The notes beneath the pieces are model-generated. The model did not search any database. It was not told the origin of the DNA and saw nothing but the letters and a program-made list of their open reading frames with translations. A stretch of DNA of 61,618 nucleotides, filler included. It is 6 parts of 6 records of this genome, joined end to end, with 100 filler letters (N's around TTAATTAATTAA, not from the genome) between each part and the next. Parts side by side here need not be neighbours in the genome. Positions count along the whole stretch, not along the records: positions 32,678 to 57,991 come from SRR20825010_7035; positions 58,092 to 61,618 come from SRR20825010_7037; 4 more parts are not named here. One strand, 5' to 3'. Positions 52,970 through 61,486 of this stretch are shown here, in pieces (position 1 is the first letter of the stretch; each line of letters starts with the position of its first letter). The position numbers and the translations under genes are program-made.

Positions 52970-54001
52970 TCAGAGAGATTGCCTGAATGTTTCTGGTGTA
53001 ACGGAAAACCACCGCTTGAACGCGCGCCGGAAGTTGGAGCTGTCGTGGTAGTTCAAAAGCGCGGCGATGGCGTCGACGGTAAGCTTGCTGTCGCGCAGAT
53101 AGTTCGCCGCCTGTTGGGACAGAATGTCCTTCTGGATTTGGCGAAATCCGGTATTTTCGTTTTTCAGTTTACGCGCCAGGGTGCGCTTGCTCATGAATAG
53201 TGCTGCAGCGGCTTCTTCTTCAGCCAGTGTGCCTGGAGGAAAAGAGAGCATCATTTTTTCTACCCGATAGCGAAAACTTTGCGTATTGGTGCGCAGTTCG
53301 GACAGCATGGTTTCGCACTGCTGAAGCGCTAGCTGGTAATTCTCATGGTTGGCGGCAATGTTGGGATAAAAGCCCAGGGCTTTGGGAATCCTGGCGACAA
53401 AGTGTTCTGTCGAAAAGGTGTAAGGGCCGGGCAGGTATTCGTTGTAGCAGGCTGCATAGGGCGGAGCCGGGTAATCTATCAAGGTCTCCACTTCATGGGC
53501 CGGTCGGCCCAGAATCGATTCGGCTGTCTCGAAAAACATCATGATAAAGGCTTCGGTCAAACAGCGGCGCATTGGGTCCGTTAACGTCATATCGAAGTGC
53601 CCGTAACACTCAAGCCAATCCCCACGATCAAAAAGCTCAATACGCACAAAGTTCATCCGTGTGGGGGCGAAAAGGTGAATGGCTTGCAGAGCCTCAAACA
53701 GGTTTGCACTGCTGAGAGCCATAAAGCCCACGGCACCGTGGGTAGCAGGCGTGAGCCGTCGGCCCAGACGAAAACCAAAGGCAGGGTCATCACTTATCGA
53801 GAGCGCATTGTTGAGTAACTGAATCTGCTGCTGCCCGGTGAGCAGGCTGTCTTCGTCAAGTAGCTGTTCAACCCTGAGCCCTGTGTTGGGCAGCAGCCGA
53901 CCAAGATCGGGGGCCTGCAGGCCGAGTTCGCGGGCAATCAAGCGAGCATAATGCGACGGGTTGGACGCCTGGCTGTCGGTTGGGTTCGGGGGTGTTGTCA
54001 T
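52970..54001 (-). CDS. AraC/XylS-family regulator, probable CYP153 activator
   Basis: MSKRTLARKL...LNYHDSSNFRRAFKRW; divergent from fdx-cyp. Confidence 0.92.
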   Translation of the reverse strand: MTTPPNPTDSQASNPSHYARLIARELGLQAPDLGRLLPNTGLRVEQLLDEDSLLTGQQQIQLLNNALSISDDPAFGFRLGRRLTPATHGAVGFMALSSANLFEALQAIHLFAPTRMNFVRIELFDRGDWLECYGHFDMTLTDPMRRCLTEAFIMMFFETAESILGRPAHEVETLIDYPAPPYAACYNEYLPGPYTFSTEHFVARIPKALGFYPNIAANHENYQLALQQCETMLSELRTNTQSFRYRVEKMMLSFPPGTLAEEEAAAALFMSKRTLARKLKNENTGFRQIQKDILSQQAANYLRDSKLTVDAIAALLNYHDSSNFRRAFKRWFSVTPETFRQSL

Positions 54002-54029
54002 GGGAGGCTCTGTGCGGTGGCAAGTTTGA

Positions 54030-54067
54030 TTGTCTTTAAATGACCTCCTGTTGTCAAAAAATGACCT
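54030..54067. promoter_or_regulatory. Tandem AraC-type operator
   Basis: TTGTCTTTAAATGACCT and TTGTCAAAAAATGACCT with a 21-bp period. Confidence 0.7.
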
Positions 54068-54128
54068 GCTGATGCGCGATGGCTTGGCGCACTGTTGGAA
54101 TAACACAACAACAAAGTGAGGCAGAGCG

Positions 54129-54449
54129 ATGGCCAGTGTGACCATTATTGAGTTTGGTGGAACAGAGCATGAGGTCGAGATCGAGGCGGGTAAGTCCCTG
54201 ATGCAGATCGCCGTGGATAACAGCATTCCCGGCATTGATGCGGACTGTGGTGGGGCCTGTGCCTGTGGCACCTGCCATGTGATTGTCTCCAGCGAGTGGT
54301 TTGCCAAAACCGGCAGCACCAGTGATGAGGAAGATATGATGCTGGGGATGACCCCCGAGCGTGCTGATACCTCGCGCCTGGCCTGCCAGATTGAAGCCAG
54401 CGAGGCGCTGGACGGCCTGGTGGTTCAGTTACCTGAATTCCAGATGTAA
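54129..54449 (+). CDS. Putidaredoxin-type [2Fe-2S] ferredoxin
   Basis: ADCGGACACGTCHV...SRLACQ. Confidence 0.96.
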   Translation: MASVTIIEFGGTEHEVEIEAGKSLMQIAVDNSIPGIDADCGGACACGTCHVIVSSEWFAKTGSTSDEEDMMLGMTPERADTSRLACQIEASEALDGLVVQLPEFQM

Positions 54450-54485
54450 CACCTTTGCTGTTCCGTCACTCACAGGGAGAGAATC

Positions 54486-55868
54486 ATGTCACTGAAATCC
54501 ACCGCGATGAATATCACTGCCCCGGTGATACCCGCTCATTGGCAGATCCGTGCCGTACACCGTTTTTTGAAGATCAAGAACACCCTGTTCAAAGGGCCCT
54601 ATGTGCCCACTTTTATTGAGAGCCCACTCCCGGAAGTGGATACGCTGGCCATTGAAGATATCGACGTCAGTAGCCCGTTTCTGTTTCGGCAAAAAAAATG
54701 GCAGTCCTACTTCAAGCGTTTGCGCGATGAGTGCCCGGTGCATTACCAGAAAAACAGTCCCTTTGGTCCGTTCTGGTCGATTACCCGTTATGACGACATC
54801 GTCTTCGTGGACAAGCACCATGACCTGTTTTCTGCCGAGCCGATCATTACCTTGGGGCGTACCCCTGAAGGCCTGGAAATTGAAACCTTCATCGCCATGG
54901 ACCCGCCCAAGCACGATGAGCAGCGTAAAGCGGTACAGAATGTGGTGGCCCCGAAAAACCTGAAAGAGATGGAAGGGCTGATCCGCCAGCGTACCCGGGA
55001 AGTGCTGGATGAGTTACCGATTGGTCAGCCGTTTGACTGGGTAAAAACGGTGTCTATTGAACTGACAGCACGGATGCTGGCGACGCTGCTGGATTTCCCC
55101 TACGAACTGCGGCACAAGCTGGTGTACTGGTCCGATGTGTCCACCGCCAGCCCGGAAACCACCGGGGGGCGGGTTGATTCAGATGAAATTTTTGCTGCCG
55201 CCGCGGATGCCGGCAAACATTTCGTCAAGCTCTGGCACGACAAAGCCGCGCAGAAAGCGGCGGGGCAGGAAGCCGGGTTTGATTTGATTAGCCTGATGCA
55301 GGCGAACGAAGTAACCAAAGACATGGTCAAGCGGCCCATGGAATTCATGGGCAACCTGACCCTGTTAATCGTTGGTGGCAACGATACCACCCGCAACTCC
55401 ATGACCGGCGGTGTGTTGGCGCTGAACCAATTTCCCGACGAATTTACCAAGCTTAAGGAAAACCCGGCCCTGATTCCCAACATGGTTTCCGAAATTATCC
55501 GCTGGCAAACGCCACTGGCCTACATGCGCCGCATTGCCAAACAGGATGTGGAGCTAAACGGGCAGACTATTCGCAAGGGCGACAAGGTGGTGATGTGGTA
55601 TGCCTCGGGTAATCGCGATGAGCGCAATATTGATCAGCCGGATACCTTCATGATCGACCGTAAGGGTGCACGTAACCATCTGTCTTTTGGGTTCGGTGTA
55701 CACCGTTGCATGGGGAATCGATTGGCGGAATTGCAGCTGCGTATCCTGTGGGAAGAACTGCTTGAGCGCTTTGATGACATCAAGGTTCTGGAGGAACCCG
55801 AGTGCGTGCAATCCAACTTTGTGCGAGGTTACAGCAAGATGATGGTTCGGCTTTCAGCGAAAAAGTAG
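54486..55868 (+). CDS. Cytochrome P450 CYP153-family alkane omega-hydroxylase
   Basis: FIAMDPPKHD, LLIVGGNDTTRNS, EIIRWQTPLAYMRR, FGFGVHRCMG haem motif. Confidence 0.93.
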   Translation: MSLKSTAMNITAPVIPAHWQIRAVHRFLKIKNTLFKGPYVPTFIESPLPEVDTLAIEDIDVSSPFLFRQKKWQSYFKRLRDECPVHYQKNSPFGPFWSITRYDDIVFVDKHHDLFSAEPIITLGRTPEGLEIETFIAMDPPKHDEQRKAVQNVVAPKNLKEMEGLIRQRTREVLDELPIGQPFDWVKTVSIELTARMLATLLDFPYELRHKLVYWSDVSTASPETTGGRVDSDEIFAAAADAGKHFVKLWHDKAAQKAAGQEAGFDLISLMQANEVTKDMVKRPMEFMGNLTLLIVGGNDTTRNSMTGGVLALNQFPDEFTKLKENPALIPNMVSEIIRWQTPLAYMRRIAKQDVELNGQTIRKGDKVVMWYASGNRDERNIDQPDTFMIDRKGARNHLSFGFGVHRCMGNRLAELQLRILWEELLERFDDIKVLEEPECVQSNFVRGYSKMMVRLSAKK

Positions 55869-56090
55869 GAGGCCGTACCCGGTTTTTAGGTTTAGCGCAC
55901 GCTAGAGGAAAGAATACGAACGGGAGGCTTTCTTCTGGGATCTGCATTAAAAATCGGGTGCCTGTTGCTTAAAGAGAAAACGAGCAAAGTCTGAATGGCT
56001 TAAGTTCCTGTATCAGCATTCTTGGCTCTTCGCGCGCTTGAAATCCTGAGGTCAATCAGTGCGACGATGTTTTCTATTGCCCTGGTTGTA

Positions 56091-56522
56091 TTATGTCTTG
56101 CGCAGATTATCCAGCATCTTGTGTGCCATGCTTACGAAGGTGCTGACTTCTTGTTTGCTCATGCCTTTCAATAACCGCTTTTCCACGTCTTTTTCCGCCG
56201 CGACGGTGCGGGCCATTAGTTCACTGCCCTGCTCACTGAGCCTGATTATTTGACTACGCTTATCGCTTGGATGGGGGATGCGTGTAATCAACGCCATGGC
56301 CTCAAGCTCTTTGATCGTTCGAGTGATTTGAGCCTTGTCGCGCCCGGTGATTGTGGCCAAACGGTTTGCGGTGCAGTCCGCTTGGCTGCGTATCAGGTGT
56401 AAAGCTCTTACATGCATGCCGTTGAGCGGCAAACCGTAATCGCGAATAGCGTGTTTGGTGCTGACCTTGAATTGAAAAGCCAGCTGCCACAGGGCATGGC
56501 GGATATCGGAATCAGAATTCAT
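56091..56522 (-). CDS. MarR-family regulator
   Basis: RDKAQITRTIKELE...DKRSQIIRLS. Confidence 0.9.
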   Translation of the reverse strand: MNSDSDIRHALWQLAFQFKVSTKHAIRDYGLPLNGMHVRALHLIRSQADCTANRLATITGRDKAQITRTIKELEAMALITRIPHPSDKRSQIIRLSEQGSELMARTVAAEKDVEKRLLKGMSKQEVSTFVSMAHKMLDNLRKT

Positions 56523-56525
56523 TTG

Positions 56526-56569
56526 GTTGACTTTGTCAATTACATGGATGTATGGTTGACATTGTCTAC
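56526..56569. promoter_or_regulatory. Two MarR-type palindromic operators
   Basis: GTTGAC-TTT-GTCAAT and GTTGAC-ATT-GTCTAC in the marR/SIP gap. Confidence 0.7.
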
Positions 56570-56621
56570 TAAATATCAGGAGCCCACAAGGGTTCTCATT
56601 CATGATTCTGTGAGGTATACC

Positions 56622-57413
56622 ATGGCAAGACCTGCCCCCCGAATTCTGGAAGTGTTACGCACCGAACACCTAACCCCAAACATGAAGCGGGTAGTGCTCG
56701 GTGGCGACACTCTGGGTGACTTTCCTGAAGGGTACGAAAGCGCCAACTTCAAATTGCTGATTCCCCGTTCTGGTCAGGTCATCAACGACCGCCGATCATT
56801 TATGGATTTACCAGACGATGAACGCCCGGTGGTGCGTACTTATACGCTGCGACATTTCGACCGGCAGCGGGGCGAAGTGGTGGTGGATTTTATGATGCAT
56901 AGTGATCATGGCCCCGCCTCTCTCTGGGCTGATTCCGCCCGCCGAGGTGATAAGATCGGTTTCGCTGGTCCAGGAAAGCCCAAGTTGGTTGATTTCGATG
57001 CGGATTGGTTTTTGTTCGCTGGCGATATGTCGGCGTTGCCTGCCATTGCTGCCAACATCGAGCGGCTTCCTGTGAACGCCAAAGGGTATGCCGTATTGGA
57101 AATCATGGATGCACAAGATAAACAAAACCTACCTTTTCCGGATGGCATTCAGGTGCACTGGATGCTCAATCCTACACCGTCTCAATCGTCCGCCAAGTTG
57201 GTGGACGCGGTAATTGATCTCCCTTGGCTGGCGGGGTCTCCCTCGGTATGGGTGGCAGGGGAGAGCAGTGCTGTGCGCGCGATTCGTCGGTATTTGGTTA
57301 GTGAAAGGGTGATTGATCGGCGGCGCCTGTATTCCAGTGGTTATTGGCAAATCGGTATGACTGAAGATGTACATCAAGTGGCGAAAAATAAAGATCGGTC
57401 TCGTCGTAGTTAA
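56622..57413 (+). CDS. Siderophore-interacting protein (ViuB/YqjH family)
   Basis: TPNMKRV, RTYTLR, HGPASLWA, AGD.SALPAI, AGE, SGYW. Confidence 0.93.
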   Translation: MARPAPRILEVLRTEHLTPNMKRVVLGGDTLGDFPEGYESANFKLLIPRSGQVINDRRSFMDLPDDERPVVRTYTLRHFDRQRGEVVVDFMMHSDHGPASLWADSARRGDKIGFAGPGKPKLVDFDADWFLFAGDMSALPAIAANIERLPVNAKGYAVLEIMDAQDKQNLPFPDGIQVHWMLNPTPSQSSAKLVDAVIDLPWLAGSPSVWVAGESSAVRAIRRYLVSERVIDRRRLYSSGYWQIGMTEDVHQVAKNKDRSRRS

Positions 57414-57636
57414 TCGCAAGCGCGGGAACTAAGGAGAGCGCCGTAGATACAAGTCGGCCAGGTTCAACGCTGAGGGGTCAGGATTACTAGAGGTGTTGTC
57501 AGTTTGCGTTAATGCTATGGGGAAGAGAGCTTGTTTATGCTGCTAATGCGCACGGTGTTTATGCTTAAATGTAAGAAGGCACGCTCTCTTTACGGATGAG
57601 CGTGCCCTCAGATTACTACTTACATTTTGTGAGCTG

Positions 57637-57991
57637 TTATTCCCAAGACAGGGCTCCACCTACCTGGTACTCGGTAACGCGGGTTTCAAAAAAATTCTTC
57701 TCTTTGCGCAAATCCATGATTTCGCTCATCCACGGGAACGGGTTGTTCACGCCCTTGAACTGTTCCGGCAGGCCCAGCTGGGCCAGGCGACGGTTGGCGA
57801 TGAACTGCAGGTACTCTTCCATCATCGCGGCATTCATGCCCAGTACGCCGCGCGGCATGGTGTCGCGGGCGTATTGAATTTCCAGCTCGGCGCCTTCCAG
57901 GATCATCTGGGTGGCCTTGTCGCGCATCTGGGCATCCCACAGGTGCGGGTTTTCCAGCTTTATCTGGTTGATCACGTCGATGCCGAAGTTC
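57637..57991 (-). CDS. nrdB: Ribonucleotide reductase beta subunit, C-terminal part
   Basis: [29 protein letters not shown]. Confidence 0.95.
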
Positions 57992-58091
57992 NNNNNNNNN
58001 NNNNNNNNNNNNNNNNNNNNNNNNNNNNNNNNNNNTTAATTAATTAANNNNNNNNNNNNNNNNNNNNNNNNNNNNNNNNNNNNNNNNNNNN
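57992..58091. other. Artificial contig linker
   Basis: Same N/TTAATTAATTAA/N block. Confidence 0.99.
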
Positions 58092-58108
58092 CCGAATTCG
58101 GAGTCGAG

Positions 58109-58270
58109 ATGCGGCGCATCACCTGGGAGCAGTTCTGGGCATTGCGCCCTGACCTGCGGCCCGTGGCGAATGATAACGCCGTCGACTTCAGCCATAGTGG
58201 GCGGGCGGCTTCGGTCGACGGCGATCAGGTGGAACACATTACTCATCCACGCGGTCAACTTGCGGCCTGA
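58109..58270 (+). CDS. 53-aa small protein with ANDN motif and LAA C-terminus
   Basis: Below the ORF-track size cutoff; GGAG at 58100-58103; MRRITWEQFWALRPDLRPVANDNAVDFSHSGRAASVDGDQVEHITHPRGQLAA*; the frame is also open to the contig edge. Confidence 0.65.
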   Translation: MRRITWEQFWALRPDLRPVANDNAVDFSHSGRAASVDGDQVEHITHPRGQLAA

Positions 58271-58305
58271 TGGTTAATACTTCGTTTCGACTCCACTCGC
58301 ATGAT

Positions 58306-58380
58306 GGGGGGCGGGGAAACAAGTCTCCGCCCCTCCGCCGCGGACCAGCGTCCCCCGGAAGGGAAAAGCGCGTGCAAAAT
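58306..58380 (+). other. cos-like packaging site A
   Basis: GGGGGG..AAGTCT-N15-GGACCAGCGT; matches site B. Confidence 0.4.
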
Positions 58381-58507
58381 GGAAAAGAAAAAGTCGGGGG
58401 CCTGCTCGAAGTCCAGAAGCGCCCCGCTGCGGTACCGGCCGCACAGCAAAACACGAAAGCCCGCAAGTTTTCAGAATTTTATCCAAGCGCCCGCAGAGGC
58501 GCAACCA

Positions 58508-59341
58508 ATGGACCTTGCCAAAATGAAAGCATCAGATTTCAAAACGCTAGCCGAACGCCGCGAATGGCTGGAAAAGCAGGCTGCAAACGACAACCCGCGC
58601 CGCGCCAAAACCACCAAGCCGCGGCACGCGGAAATCGCAACGCAGTGCCGGCCCCTGCTGGTTTGGCGCGAACTTACGTCGCCAGCGGATTGGACTGCGA
58701 TACCGGCCAATGACAACAAAGACGACAAACCGTCCTACGACGCAATTCTGGAACAACGTCCGCGCATCAGCGAGATGCTGCGCGCGCTGAAGGACGTGAA
58801 GTTCAGAACCGTGCGGCACGCCAAACTTGGCGGCGGAGGTGCCGACCACGTTGTCCCGGCTAGCGGAGATATCGAGTACGGCACCGGCCAACGCGGCAAG
58901 CCGCCTTGCATGGTGCGCCTTGGCGATTTGCGGTTTTCAAATGGCCGGAACGTTGAACGTGGTTTGGTCATAAAGGATGGCGTCCTCCAGCGCGGCGACA
59001 TCCGGATTCCACTAGGCGGCTTGGTAAGTTGCAAGGGTTATAAGGCGCGCGAGCGATACGGCGAACCAAAGGGCGAACCGGGCGAGCCAGCCGTGCCGCG
59101 GCGACCAACGAACCCAGGCGCAATGACTTTCGCAGATCCGCTGGAGGCGGCTGAAACGGCGGAGCGCGTTCGCGAGATGGTGAAACCAGAAACCGCGGCA
59201 GTTTTAGACTGCGCCTTGCGTGCAGCGAACTTTGCCGACATTGGGCGGCTGCAAGGGTATCGCGGCAAAAACGCCGAACGCCGCGGAAAGCAAGCGCTGC
59301 TCGCCGCGTGCGCTGAATTGAAGGCAGCGCTTGCGGCGTAA
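58508..59341 (+). CDS. Phage hypothetical protein, possible late-gene regulator (C-terminal sigma4-like HTH)
   Basis: AGAGG RBS; C-terminal VLDCALRAANFADIGRLQGY..AERRGKQAL; two ANDN motifs; ends AALAA. Confidence 0.6.
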   Translation: MDLAKMKASDFKTLAERREWLEKQAANDNPRRAKTTKPRHAEIATQCRPLLVWRELTSPADWTAIPANDNKDDKPSYDAILEQRPRISEMLRALKDVKFRTVRHAKLGGGGADHVVPASGDIEYGTGQRGKPPCMVRLGDLRFSNGRNVERGLVIKDGVLQRGDIRIPLGGLVSCKGYKARERYGEPKGEPGEPAVPRRPTNPGAMTFADPLEAAETAERVREMVKPETAAVLDCALRAANFADIGRLQGYRGKNAERRGKQALLAACAELKAALAA

Positions 59342-59414
59342 CAATTTCTGCCTCCAGTCCCTTTTTCGCACCTTGAACGGTAAATAGCGGCAAGAGTCCA
59401 ATGGTTAGATTTTG

Positions 59415-59442
59415 AGCCCGTGTTTCGGCGCGGGCTTTTTTT
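59415..59442 (+). terminator. Intrinsic terminator upstream of the capsid operon
   Basis: AGCCCGTGT-TTCG-GCGCGGGCT followed by TTTTTT. Confidence 0.75.
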
Positions 59443-59476
59443 CATCCTTTTCATTCCCGCATAACTGGAAATTCCA

Positions 59477-59965
59477 ATGAACAAGACCGCTTACGTGGCG
59501 ATGTTGTCGCGGCGTTTGGGCATTCCGGTGTCCCGGATTGACGGGTTGCTTGAACGCCTACACGCCGCTGGCGCGGTACCGCCGACGCGTGCGAAACGCC
59601 ATCCTCCACCGATTGACGAACATGACGCCGTGGCAATTCTTCTGGCCGTGCTGGCGGACCGCGGTCTGGAAACAGCCGCCGACAATGCCTGGACGCTGGG
59701 CGCTGCGCACTGCGACGGACAGCGCTTCGATGCGTTTCTTGCGGAGCTGTTGTACGGCGCGCCGCGTCATGTTGGTCACCTGATTATCCATCCCGCAGGC
59801 GCGTCCATCGTGGTGGATGCGGTGCACACCGAATTTGGCGAGCGCAGCGACACGCCAGCGCGGTACGTCCCAGGCGGCGTGTTGATGGCCATTGCTGCCG
59901 AACTGCAAGGCGCGACGCCGCGGGACGCAGACGCGCTGGCAACTATAACCAAGGTTTTTCAATGA
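59477..59965 (+). CDS. Hypothetical protein, possible N-terminal HTH
   Basis: 162 aa; LSRRLGIPVSRIDGLLERLHAAG; ATGA-coupled to the next gene. Confidence 0.65.
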   Translation: MNKTAYVAMLSRRLGIPVSRIDGLLERLHAAGAVPPTRAKRHPPPIDEHDAVAILLAVLADRGLETAADNAWTLGAAHCDGQRFDAFLAELLYGAPRHVGHLIIHPAGASIVVDAVHTEFGERSDTPARYVPGGVLMAIAAELQGATPRDADALATITKVFQ

Positions 59966-60258
59966 CATCCGCAATCGACGAACTTGCGCGGCTCGCCGTC
60001 GAGAATGACGAGCCAGTTGCGCTCAACCCTGCGCAGATGGTGGCGAAGCTCACCAAAGCCGGCGAGCCAGAAATTGCCGCGAAAATCGCGCTGGCTTTCC
60101 GTGACCGCCACTTTGAACTGTCGCCGCAAGTGGAAGCCGCTGCGCGCCGCATCAAAGCAGAACGCGCCGCGGAAACCTTCACGCGCATCAACGAAGCAAA
60201 CGCCACAAATCATCCGCTCCCGCAATGGGTGCGAAACGAATTGGAGAACATTCAATGA
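59962..60258 (+). CDS. Hypothetical helical protein (98 aa)
   Basis: ATGA overlaps at both ends couple it to the capsid gene. Confidence 0.7.
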   Translation: MTSAIDELARLAVENDEPVALNPAQMVAKLTKAGEPEIAAKIALAFRDRHFELSPQVEAAARRIKAERAAETFTRINEANATNHPLPQWVRNELENIQ

Positions 60259-61358
60259 CGAACCACGTAGCAGCAGCCATCGAAAAAGTTGGCAAGGAAT
60301 TTAAGGAAACCGCCGGCGACCTTTCGGCCCGTCTTTCGGAGCTAGAACGCCGCGCGGCGCGCTCTTCGGACGATCACGATTACGTGGCGAACGACAACCA
60401 CGAGTCCCTTGGCCATATCGTCGCTAACGATGACGCTGTGCGCAACTTGTCCAGCGATTTCCGCGGCAAGGCCGTCGTCAAGCTGCGCGGTGAGAGCGCA
60501 GCCATCACATCTTATCCAGCAACCGTTGGCAGCAATACCTCTGCTGGTACGTCGCTTGTGCCGGCGCATCGCGTACCAGGTATTGTGACGCCATATCAGC
60601 GGCGCATGACGATCCGCGACCTTCTGCGTACGGCGCGCACCACTTCGAATAACATCGAGTGGCCTCGAGAGACGAATTACATCAACAACGCGAATGTTGT
60701 GTCCGAAGGCGAGTCAAAGCCGTATTCGGAACTCGAGTTCGAGCTCGAGAACGCGCCGGTTCGCACCATCGCGCATATGTTCAAAGCCAGCCGTCAGATC
60801 CTTGACGACGCCGATGCGCTCGCGAGCTACATCGATCGCCGCGGCCGCTACGGCCTCCAGTTCAAGGAGGAGCTACAGCTTCTCAAGGGAGACGGCACCG
60901 GTCAGAACATTGAAGGCATCATCCCGCAGGCCCGAGCCTATGAGACGGCTCGAAACTCGACGGGAGACACGCCGCTCGACGTTCTAAACCACGCTATTAG
61001 CCAGGCCGAAGAAAGCGACATTCCGATCACGGGTATCGTTCTTTCCAAGAAGATGTGGCGCGACATGTTGGGAATCAAGGATGGCGACGAGCGTTATCTC
61101 AGCGGCGGCCCGTTCGGCACCACAGCGGCACAGATCTGGGATCTACCCGCGATCGGCAGCAACGCCATGGCTGACGGCGAATTCCTCGTCGGAGCTTTCG
61201 AGGATGGTGCGACAATCTTCGACCGTCTGGAAGCGGAGGTTCTGGTATCGAGCGAGAATGACGACGACTTTGAGCGTAATTTGTTCTCGATCCGCGCGGA
61301 GCAGAGACTGGCACTTGCCGTTTTCAGGCCGGATTCATTTGTCACCGGCCAATTCTAA
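60255..61358 (+). CDS. HK97-family major capsid protein
   Basis: GGAG RBS; short coiled-coil delta domain; TIRDLL, V.EG..KP.S, VRTIAH..KASRQILDDA, EE.QLL.GDGTG, D.F.RN..IRAE.RLALAV.RP. Confidence 0.93.
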   Translation: MTNHVAAAIEKVGKEFKETAGDLSARLSELERRAARSSDDHDYVANDNHESLGHIVANDDAVRNLSSDFRGKAVVKLRGESAAITSYPATVGSNTSAGTSLVPAHRVPGIVTPYQRRMTIRDLLRTARTTSNNIEWPRETNYINNANVVSEGESKPYSELEFELENAPVRTIAHMFKASRQILDDADALASYIDRRGRYGLQFKEELQLLKGDGTGQNIEGIIPQARAYETARNSTGDTPLDVLNHAISQAEESDIPITGIVLSKKMWRDMLGIKDGDERYLSGGPFGTTAAQIWDLPAIGSNAMADGEFLVGAFEDGATIFDRLEAEVLVSSENDDDFERNLFSIRAEQRLALAVFRPDSFVTGQF

Positions 61359-61449
61359 TCCGGCGGCGTGAATGTCGGGTCAGCTTCGATCCGGAAGACG
61401 TGATGCGTGCCGCCAAAACCTCCTATTGGCGCATCAAGTCATGAGCAGT

Positions 61450-61480
61450 GGCCGTCCGCTAAACCCTTGAGCGGGCGGCC
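61450..61480. terminator. Hairpin after the capsid gene
   Basis: GGCCGTCCGCT-N9-AGCGGGCGGCC; no T-tract. Confidence 0.45.
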
Positions 61481-61486
61481 CCTCTA

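Noticed and set aside
59962-60030. VENDEPVAL as a further SsrA-like motif
   Set aside because: Only a partial match to ANDE; plausible by chance, so not counted.
60255-61358. Gene transfer agent or encapsulin
   Set aside because: GTA clusters place portal and protease directly upstream of the capsid gene; the delta domain, cos-like site and terS-like start argue against an encapsulin.
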